Position numbers and translations under genes: made by a program. A stretch of DNA of 64,000 nucleotides, from NCBI GenBank assembly GCA_002067315.1, contig MVRA01000187.1:577-64576 (forward strand), given 5' to 3'. The notes under the pieces are model-generated. The model saw only the letters and a list, made by a program, of their open reading frames with translations. It did no database searches and was not told the origin of the DNA. The stretch comes from Methanocella sp. PtaU1.Bin125 (GTDB taxonomy: Archaea > Halobacteriota > Methanocellia > Methanocellales > Methanocellaceae). Below, piece by piece: positions 10,041 to 17,200 of the stretch (its first letter is position 1; every line of letters begins with the position of its first letter).

Positions 10041-10540
10041 TGTTCCGGTGTCTATTCAACAGGTTGCCATGGACAGCGCATGCGCGCCCGGGCGGACGGC
10101 CGCTATTCCACGAGACTCGCTTGATCAAGAACAGTTTTTCACATGCAGGCAATGAAATGGGCCTTGTTTCGGGAGCATAGCGACGGGTGCGACGAAACGC
10201 GACGGGTGCGACGTTTCTCGAAGAACGATTTACTGGTTATCGTTTAACAGACGTCGTGCCCGTCGCGTTTCGTCGCGTCGTCGCGGGTATACCGTCCGTC
10301 GAATTGCCTGTACGGGGCTGCGACGAATGCTCCGCTGTGGCCAGGCGCAGTACTGATTCCCGCAACGACCGCGACGAAACGCTACGAACGCGACGTTTCT
10401 CGAAGAATGATATGACAATCCGTTATCCTTTAACAGTCGTCGCGCCCGTCGCGATTCGTCGCGGGAATGCAGTCCTGCGCTAAGCCTCCGCAAAGGCTAT
10501 TCCGGAAGCCTGAACAGGACTTACAAGGAACACCTGAACA
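10041..10540. mobile_element. MITE-like non-autonomous element, copy 1 (TIRs plus two long internal hairpins)
   Basis: Ends TGTTCCGGTGTC ... GAACACCTGAACA are inverted repeats. The whole ~500 bp aligns with 40625..41109. Contains two ~25-bp GC-rich stems, e.g. 10189-10213 pairs with 10252-10276. Confidence 0.75.
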
Positions 10541-10565
10541 GTTCCACAAACGGCGGGCTCCGATA

Positions 10566-11198
10566 CTAATGCGCTTCCACGAGGTGGCTCCTTCTGACGT
10601 TTCTCGCGTACCTGTGTAGCGCTGTCTCCAGCCTCACCAGGTCAATGCCGTGCTCTCTGGCATACGCCTTCACGTCGCTAATGCCGAGGTCAGAAGCCGC
10701 CTGCTTAACGTCAGGCACGAGCGGCGGATCAGCCTTCGGCCAGACGTTCCGCATGTCGCGGAGGAAGATTTCGACAGTCACCGGCCCGATGCCCTTGCCC
10801 AGCTCCCGGATGCGACGCTCCAGGTCCCGGCTGTCGGCCGATGCCTCGTAGAGCCTGCTCAGCTTGCCGTCGTACTCTTTCAGAAGGTGCTCAGAAATGG
10901 CCAGCAGCCGGTCCGCCGTGCTCTCGTCATACCGCCGGTACCCGCCTTCGCCGAGCAGATTGACCAGCCGGTTCCAGCCCGCCTTTTCGATCGCCACGGG
11001 GCCCGTGAGGCCATGGGCCTCGAAAACCCGGTAGGTCTTCGTGGCCGACTCTTCACGGATGGGCTTCGCGTAGAGAAAAGCGGCCAGGAACCACTTGAAA
11101 TACGCCGGATCGCCTTCCAGCAGGTCGATGCCGAGCATCTCCGAGTACGGCTCGCCAAGCTCTTCGATAAGCTTCCGGATTTCATATCCTGTGGCCAT
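10566..11198 (-). CDS. Helix-hairpin-helix (endonuclease III-related-like) protein, paralog B
   Basis: 210-aa ORF, paralogous to 9285..9950 along its full length. Confidence 0.6.
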   Translation of the reverse strand: MATGYEIRKLIEELGEPYSEMLGIDLLEGDPAYFKWFLAAFLYAKPIREESATKTYRVFEAHGLTGPVAIEKAGWNRLVNLLGEGGYRRYDESTADRLLAISEHLLKEYDGKLSRLYEASADSRDLERRIRELGKGIGPVTVEIFLRDMRNVWPKADPPLVPDVKQAASDLGISDVKAYAREHGIDLVRLETALHRYARNVRRSHLVEAH

Positions 11199-11289
11199 TC
11201 AATTACATAAATGATAACCGGAAATAAAAATGAATCACACGATTTAATTTTTATGCGTACTTCGCTGTCTGGTGGTTATAGTTTTCCGT

Positions 11290-11432
11290 CTTGGCGCTCC
11301 TGGCTACCTGGCGCCCTTGGCGCGCGTGACAGGGGTCGCATAGCCTATACAACAATCCTGACGCAAGCCTTGTATAGGAATTCGACTACTGTCACGCTCG
11401 CCAAGGGCGCCAGGTAGCCAGGAGCGCCAAGG
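11290..11432. repeat. CCTTGGCGC-family palindromic intergenic repeat (complete, face-to-face arms)
   Basis: Left arm CTTGGCGCTCCTGGCTACCTGGCGCCCTTGGCGCGCGTGAC (11290-11330). Right arm GTCACGCTCGCCAAGGGCGCCAGGTAGCCAGGAGCGCCAAGG (11391-11432). The arms are near-perfect reverse complements. Confidence 0.85.
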
Positions 11433-11448
11433 ATTTTTTTTTAAATTT

Positions 11449-12360
11449 TTAATCAATCTTTACTCGTTTCTTCAGCTTGCACGCCTGGCAGGTGCTCTGT
11501 ATGCCCGGCTCGCCGCAGGTCTCGCATTTCGCGAGGGGCACCTGCGGGTACTTCGCGCGGAGGCAGTCGATCATGTTCTCGAAGCCGCTCAGGATGGCGT
11601 ATTTGGTGCCGGGGTGGCGGTACTCGAACTCGTTGAGCATGTCCTTGATCTCGCCGCGCAGCGACTCGCTGGTGTACGGGCACTCGCCCATGTAGAACGG
11701 GATTTTCTTGAGGAACGCGTAGAGCGCGATCTCTTTTTCAGGCACGTCCATCAGCGGCTTGATCCGCTTCACGAGCCCGTCCTGCTCCCGGACCGGCCGG
11801 AGCCGGGCCAGCCGTTCGGTGTCGCCGTTCATCACGTTGAGCATGACGGCCTGGGACTCGTCGTCTAAATTGTGGCCGGTGGCGAGCTTGTTCGCGCCGA
11901 TGGCCCGGGCCTTCTGGTTCAGCAGCGTCCGCCGGAACACGCCACAGTAGGTGCACGACGCCTCTTTGCGTTCCCGGCTGAGGATGTCGTCCAGCGTGTG
12001 GCCGATCTCGTCCTTGAACGACACCATGTAATGCGGCACGCCGAGCTGATCGCACAGCTCTTTCGCGTACGGGATCGAGAAGTTCCGGTAGCCCTCGATG
12101 CCCTCATCTATGGTGATGGCTGAAAACTTGATGTCCCGCCGCTTCGCGAAGGTCTCGACCATGATATTCAGCGTCACCGCGCTGTCCTTGCCGCCGCTCA
12201 TGGCCACGGCTATGTGATCGCCGGGCATGGCCATTTTCTCTTTTCTCATCCTCCGCTTAATCTTCCGCTCCACGTCGGCGATCTCGTGGGCGGCGCAGAG
12301 GTGCATGCCCGAGTACCTCTGCTGGATGACGGCTTCGCTACGGCATTTGTCGCACTTCAT
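11449..12360 (-). CDS. PP-loop ATPase, tRNA 2-thiolation protein (TtuA/Ncs6-like)
   Basis: ATG at 12360 (MKCDKC...). N-terminal CxxC...C..H zinc finger, PP-loop SGGKDS, C-terminal CETCGEP...CQAC finger. The upstream 20 codons of the track ORF are probably not translated. Confidence 0.8.
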   Translation of the reverse strand: MKCDKCRSEAVIQQRYSGMHLCAAHEIADVERKIKRRMRKEKMAMPGDHIAVAMSGGKDSAVTLNIMVETFAKRRDIKFSAITIDEGIEGYRNFSIPYAKELCDQLGVPHYMVSFKDEIGHTLDDILSRERKEASCTYCGVFRRTLLNQKARAIGANKLATGHNLDDESQAVMLNVMNGDTERLARLRPVREQDGLVKRIKPLMDVPEKEIALYAFLKKIPFYMGECPYTSESLRGEIKDMLNEFEYRHPGTKYAILSGFENMIDCLRAKYPQVPLAKCETCGEPGIQSTCQACKLKKRVKID

Positions 12361-12608
12361 TTCCGGTGCTTGAATGTAAATCCGAAGTATAAAACTATTG
12401 CTATGAACCGTAATCTGCAATGATCGTCAGGCGCGCCCGGTAGCAAGGAGTAGATAAATGGCCGGGGCCCTGGTCAGATAAAGGCGATGAAACGCCGGAT
12501 CAGGCTCTCGGCGCCTGCCCGCCCATGGCCACGCTTGCATGCATGACCGGCACGCAGGCGTTCCATGATAACGATACTCAATTCTTTTCCTGATGACACC
12601 GCTAACTT

Positions 12609-12618
12609 TTTATATTTA
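12609..12618 (+). promoter_or_regulatory. Putative TATA box for the (near) leaderless ATPase gene, followed by a TAGGAACA/TGTTCCTA palindrome
   Basis: TTTTATATTT lies about 25 nt upstream of the GTG start at 12639. The inverted repeat TAGGAACA...TGTTCCTA spans the start region (about 12619-12648). Confidence 0.3.
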
Positions 12619-12638
12619 GGAACATAATCCTTAGGAAT

Positions 12639-14030
12639 GTGTTCCTAAAATTCGTCGACAGGGTTTCCGAACTCGACATGCTTAATAGAGCCTATGCAGA
12701 AGACGGCTTCCATTTCATCGTGATATATGGCCGCCGGCGGGTGGGAAAGACTGAGCTCTTAAAACAATTCATCAAGGACAAAGACGCGATATATTTTCTT
12801 TGCGATAAGAGCGGTACTGCCAACAACATGGACCGGTTCAAAAGAATGGTGGCAGAGCATCTGGACGAGCCTGCCATTGAAACAGACGAGCCGGAAAAAA
12901 TTTTCTCATATATCGCTCGCAAGGCCAACCCCGGGACTGTACTAATCTTTGACGAGTTTGCATACTTGATGGAAAAAGACGATGCAATTGCCTCGATATT
13001 CCAGAGGGTGATTGACGAAGTATTAAAAAACACCAATATGATGCTGGTAGTCTGTGGCTCGAGCATGAGCATGATGCTCGACGGGGTGTTAGCCCATAAA
13101 AGCCCGCTATACGGCAGAAAGACGAATCACGCTTTAATTAATCCCATGCGGCTAACCGATATCAACGAGCTTCTCCCATCGAACACGCTGGAAGAGAATA
13201 TCCGGGCATATTCTGTTCTCGGAGGTATCCCGTATTATTTGAACAAATTCCGGGACGGCGTCGATACTATCGAAAACGTCCGGACGCAAATCCTGGATAA
13301 GAATGGGGCATTATACGAGGAGACGGATTTTCTCCTCAGGGAAGAGCTGCGAGAGCCCGACATTTACAAGACGATAGTGACGGCAGTGGCTTCCGGGACA
13401 ACGCGGGTCACCGAAATCGCGAATAAGTGCCGGATGAAACCACAGGATCTGGACCGTTATCTCAAAGTCCTGAGAAGGCTGGGCATCATAAAGCGAGAGT
13501 GCCCGATCACAGACAGGAAAAGCAAAAAAACAATTTATGTGATAGACGACAATTTTTTTGCATTCTGGTTCAGGTATTGCGAGCCCCGAAAGGCAGACCT
13601 CGAGATAGGAGACCCTACCGTCGTTATGCAGAGGCTGGAAAAAGATTTTCACGCGTTCGTCGGAAGGGGATTCGAAAAGATCGCGAGAGAGGAAATGCTC
13701 AGAAAACTATACCCCGGGGCGTATACAGATATCGGCCGATGGTGGGGGCATTACAGGGACGGTGACCAGAGGAAAGAGATCGAAATCGATATTTTAGGCC
13801 TTAACCCGGAAAAAATCGTTGCAGGATTCTTCGAGTGCAAATGGCAGGACCTTAGCGAAGCCGAAGCGAGGAAGATCCTCGATGACCTCAGGGAAAAGGC
13901 GAGATATGTCGAATGGCATAACGGGGATCGTAAAGAAACGTTTGGCATATTTGCTAGAAGCATCACAAAAAAAGAGAGTCTTCGCAGAGACGGTTTTCTC
14001 GCTTTCGACCTGAGGGATTTTCAAACATAG
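12639..14030 (+). CDS. Archaeal AAA-type ATPase (Arch_ATPase + DUF234-like C-terminal domain)
   Basis: 463-aa ORF. Walker A (GRRRVGKT), Walker B (LIFDEF). Overall architecture typical of the archaeal ATPase/DUF234 family. Confidence 0.8.
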   Translation: MFLKFVDRVSELDMLNRAYAEDGFHFIVIYGRRRVGKTELLKQFIKDKDAIYFLCDKSGTANNMDRFKRMVAEHLDEPAIETDEPEKIFSYIARKANPGTVLIFDEFAYLMEKDDAIASIFQRVIDEVLKNTNMMLVVCGSSMSMMLDGVLAHKSPLYGRKTNHALINPMRLTDINELLPSNTLEENIRAYSVLGGIPYYLNKFRDGVDTIENVRTQILDKNGALYEETDFLLREELREPDIYKTIVTAVASGTTRVTEIANKCRMKPQDLDRYLKVLRRLGIIKRECPITDRKSKKTIYVIDDNFFAFWFRYCEPRKADLEIGDPTVVMQRLEKDFHAFVGRGFEKIAREEMLRKLYPGAYTDIGRWWGHYRDGDQRKEIEIDILGLNPEKIVAGFFECKWQDLSEAEARKILDDLREKARYVEWHNGDRKETFGIFARSITKKESLRRDGFLAFDLRDFQT

Positions 14031-14034
14031 GAAA

Positions 14035-14091
14035 ATGATAAGCGATCGCGCGCATGATAAGCGATCGCGCGCATGATAATCGATCGCGCGC
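14035..14091. repeat. 19-bp tandem repeat x3 (ATGATAAGCGATCGCGCGC)
   Basis: Units at 14035-14053, 14054-14072 and 14073-14091 (one substitution). Each contains the palindrome GCGATCGC. Confidence 0.9.
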
Positions 14092-14131
14092 TCACGGGTG
14101 GCCTTGGGCAGGCAATCGTCGAGATTTTTGT

Positions 14132-14243
14132 GCGCGCGACAGGAGTCGCATTGCCTTTACAATAATTCTGCAGTAAACCTTGTCTGGTCAATTCGACTAC
14201 TGTCACGCTCGCTAGGGGCGCCGTGTAGCCAGGAGCGCCAAGG
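14132..14243. repeat. CCTTGGCGC-family palindromic intergenic repeat (left arm truncated)
   Basis: GCGCGCGACAGGAGTCGCATTGCC ... GTCACGCTCGCTAGGGGCGCCGTGTAGCCAGGAGCGCCAAGG. The right arm matches 11391-11432. Confidence 0.8.
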
Positions 14244-14403
14244 ATTTTTAAAATAAAATACTAATGAATTGCTATAAATTGGCCGGATAAAAAATTAAAA
14301 TATAGGCAACATCCGCATCGTTCTTTTTGTCTTCGGACCCTTCGTGTCTTTGTGGATCAGTCATAACTTTTATGTAGTAGTAATGCCTTTGTACAGGAAT
14401 GTT

Positions 14404-14504
14404 GGGCCCGTAGCTTAGCCAGGTCGGAACTGCTCAAACAAAAAGCAGCGACAAGCGCTCGGCTGATAACCGAGAGGCCCTGCGTTCAAATCGCAGCGGG
14501 CCCA
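14404..14504 (+). tRNA. tRNA-Ile (anticodon GAU) with a ~25-nt insertion (intron) in the D-arm
   Basis: Acceptor GGGCCCG/CGGGCCC. Anticodon arm CTCGG-CTGATAA-CCGAG. T arm CTGCG-TTCAAAT-CGCAG. Discriminator A. The D stem GCTT...AAGC is interrupted by a self-complementary insert (GTCG GAA CTGCT CAAACAAAA AGCAG CGAC). Total length 101 nt. Confidence 0.8.
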
Positions 14505-14514
14505 TCATACTTCT
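14501..14514. repeat. Left copy of 14-bp direct repeat CCCATCATACTTCT (att-like, overlaps the tRNA-Ile 3' end)
   Basis: An identical 14-mer recurs at 18416-18429. The AT-rich island lies between the two copies. Confidence 0.7.
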
Positions 14515-14581
14515 GGGGATATAGTTAACATCCCTGATTTTGCACTTTTCTCACAAGCTTGAAAACAAGTAATTTCAAATA

Positions 14582-15043
14582 TTATAATCCAAGCAGTTGT
14601 TTCTTTTTTGCTTCGAACTCTTCTTGTGTTACAATGCCAGCATCTTTTAATTCCGCTAATTTTTTAAGTTCGTCAAGAGCACTTATTTTATTATTGCTAC
14701 TTTGGTCATTAGAAGTCATTAATTCTTCAACTTTTGCTTTTAATGCAATGAAGTTAGCTGTATCTTGTACATTAAACGTAACTGTATTTTCATCTTTATT
14801 TGCTGCAAAAACATTACCTTTTGATTCTTGACTACCCATAATAACGAATTGTATGTATCCGACGGTTAATCCTGGTTGTTTTACTTGTATCCCAGTGATA
14901 CTTTTAATTTGGATCTCTTTCTCTCCTTTCGTGAATCCTTGAGTCATTTTTGCGATAATACCTTTTCGCATTATTTTAATTTTATTTTGATATAATTCGA
15001 TTTGTCCATTATATCCATTGACTGTCATTAAAACATCGCTCAT
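14582..15043 (-). CDS. PH-like (bPH/YokE-like) domain protein with C-terminal SHOCT domain
   Basis: 153-aa ORF in AT-rich DNA. The N-terminal G.I.L....I.I.RKG ... I.I..I.G.Q...PG...GYIQF pattern is typical of bacterial PH-like domains. The C-terminal ALDELKKLAELKDAGIVTQEEFEAKKKQLL is a textbook SHOCT motif. Confidence 0.75.
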   Translation of the reverse strand: MSDVLMTVNGYNGQIELYQNKIKIMRKGIIAKMTQGFTKGEKEIQIKSITGIQVKQPGLTVGYIQFVIMGSQESKGNVFAANKDENTVTFNVQDTANFIALKAKVEELMTSNDQSSNNKISALDELKKLAELKDAGIVTQEEFEAKKKQLLGL

Positions 15044-15192
15044 AGCCCAATCCCTAACGTTATACTATAAATCGAACTAAAAATAAAATTTTCTAAAAAA
15101 CTAACTTGATAGTTGTATCGTAGTCATTACCGATATGATTATATTATCAAGCGTTTATTCAAATAATATTTACTAAATATATAGGTGGTTTA

Positions 15193-16194
15193 ATGGATAA
15201 AGATAGTTTAGTAATTCCAATATACTTAGATACCAATATTTTAATGGATTTGCTGGCCTCAATAGAAGACGGTTTTAGCATGGTAGAAACTGTAAAGAAA
15301 CAATCTGCCAATAGTAGTAAAACAGAATTTTCTGGTAATGGAAATATTGGTACTGGATTAGCATTATTTGATTTATTAGATATAATTAAAATTGATCTAA
15401 AAGGAACTGCATCAAAGGCAGCACATCAAAAGACTGAAGAAGAACGGCAGGCTGAACGATATCATACGGCTGGATCACTTCTTAATAAATTACGAAGATT
15501 AATTTCTGATGAAAAAATAATTTTACAAATTAATAATGAAGAAACGTGGAACGCTGCCAACGTATCTGATTTTATTGAGACAAGTGGTCGATTTGTCCCT
15601 AATCCATTATATGATTCATTAATTACTATGAAAAAAATTATAGAATTTATTACGACTTCCACCGATATGGAATCAAAACAAAAAGAGCTCACTCCAATAT
15701 ATGATGATTTAATTAAGCGTTCAAAGACTAATACCCCTTCAAAAAAATTAAGTCAGGAGGAAGTAGAAAAGCTAAAGTCTATTACTCAAGAACTTGAGAC
15801 GATAAAAAATTTAAAATTCATTGATACATTATTGAATGGTTTTATTACAGATTTAGAGCGCTCCGGAAAACAAACGTATGTAGTAGAGCTTGATGGCCTT
15901 ACAGGGTTTAAAGGAATAATAACATTACATAACCAGTTTAACAAAGATAGTGTAGGTTTTGAACTCCCATATGGGAATTTTAAACTATTGGGTAAGGTTG
16001 TTAGAAAAGTTAACGAAGGTGAATCATATAACCTTCTGAGAGGCTCTGCGCTATCTGGTATTGATGATAGTATTTTAGGTCAATTGCTAGGGGGTTTTTC
16101 AAAAATAAGGGAAGGTGGTATTAATATTCCAGAATTAACCACCAAAGTTGATTCTCCTGCAATCCAGATTATACCAATAGCCATATTTGTTTGA
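15193..16194 (+). CDS. Hypothetical protein, 333 aa, no family recognised (island cargo)
   Basis: Long uninterrupted ORF in ~30% GC DNA, where random ORFs of this length are very unlikely. Divergently oriented to the SHOCT gene across a 149-bp AT-rich spacer. Confidence 0.7.
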   Translation: MDKDSLVIPIYLDTNILMDLLASIEDGFSMVETVKKQSANSSKTEFSGNGNIGTGLALFDLLDIIKIDLKGTASKAAHQKTEEERQAERYHTAGSLLNKLRRLISDEKIILQINNEETWNAANVSDFIETSGRFVPNPLYDSLITMKKIIEFITTSTDMESKQKELTPIYDDLIKRSKTNTPSKKLSQEEVEKLKSITQELETIKNLKFIDTLLNGFITDLERSGKQTYVVELDGLTGFKGIITLHNQFNKDSVGFELPYGNFKLLGKVVRKVNEGESYNLLRGSALSGIDDSILGQLLGGFSKIREGGINIPELTTKVDSPAIQIIPIAIFV

Positions 16195-16239
16195 AATTTA
16201 TTTTTACATACCTCTATTAATTTAAAATAATAAGGTAAA

Positions 16240-17187
16240 TTATTCAAAATAGCTATCCAACGTTCTCATACTTGAATCGGTAGTTACAGAGATATCAAAT
16301 CCTGTCATTTTTTCGATTATTGATTTTAGGTGATCGATACCTTTGGCATATCCTGCGTTTTCTTTCCTAGTTGTATATATAAGGTCATAATAGAAACCAG
16401 ACCCTGAAGATATTTTAATTACCTTCAGCGTTTTCACATTTTTGTACTGTTTTAATTTATTAATGTAGATTTCTTTGTAGCAATCAAGCCTTTTCGTTTG
16501 AGGTACTGACAAACACTTTTTATAACTCTCGTCACTAAAAAATTGAGGTAGATACTTTTCCCACGAGGTTTTTCGATTAATTCCAAACGAGTTAAAGTTG
16601 AAAAGCATGTCAAAATGCGGGTATCGCATAGATAGCAGCTTGTCCATCGTGCTCCAATGTATTTCTGTTGAAAATGGGTCAACAAATAATAAAAAGTGAG
16701 CTTCATCAAGGTCTCTTAGCTCGTTAATTAAACTATCTATACTCTCATTACAGTCTGAAGAATATACTTTACACGTTGAGGTCAATTTACCTTTTTCTTT
16801 TAATAATTGTAATCGCTTTGTAAGTAGCTCATGGCCATCGTTCTCAAAGAAGTAACAACGGTCAAACGGTGTTCTATCAAATGTAGACATTAAAACTGGA
16901 GACCCCAGTAAGTGCTGTTTTTTTCCACCATAGTCCTCGAATGTGTCTAAACCAGTTCCAGAGAACAAGTCTACATAACACATATTTTTATATCCGTTTT
17001 TCTTAATTATTGGGGCATATGTAAAATAGGCGTAACTAAACAAACAAGTTAATTTTAAGAAACTCCAAGGCTGTGAAGTCGTTCCTATTGAATCTAATTT
17101 AATAATGTCTATTAACTCTTCATTCTGCAGAAACTTTTGATGTTTTTCAATGGTTTCCCTTTCACTCATCTTCTTACCCAATACCAC
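16240..17187 (-). CDS. tcmP: TcmP-like protein (three-Cys-motif partner protein; methyltransferase-fold-like)
   Basis: 315-aa ORF. Block pattern W..LK......Y....Y..I... YVDLFSGTG ... GSPVL ... FFEND ... D.N..I ... LLFVDPF...I.W.T...LL ... D.L.NF...GI.R matches my recollection of the TcmP family (TIGR04474). Lies 13 nt downstream of a CxxxCxxC radical SAM gene. Alternative ATG start at 17169. Confidence 0.65.
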   Translation of the reverse strand: MVLGKKMSERETIEKHQKFLQNEELIDIIKLDSIGTTSQPWSFLKLTCLFSYAYFTYAPIIKKNGYKNMCYVDLFSGTGLDTFEDYGGKKQHLLGSPVLMSTFDRTPFDRCYFFENDGHELLTKRLQLLKEKGKLTSTCKVYSSDCNESIDSLINELRDLDEAHFLLFVDPFSTEIHWSTMDKLLSMRYPHFDMLFNFNSFGINRKTSWEKYLPQFFSDESYKKCLSVPQTKRLDCYKEIYINKLKQYKNVKTLKVIKISSGSGFYYDLIYTTRKENAGYAKGIDHLKSIIEKMTGFDISVTTDSSMRTLDSYFE

Positions 17188-17200
17188 GCCCCCTTAACAG

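Noticed and set aside
10187-10493. ORFs of 87-98 aa inside the MITE-like element (and the counterparts at 40724-41225)
   Set aside because: They only translate the GC-rich hairpin arms. Their frames are not conserved between the two element copies.
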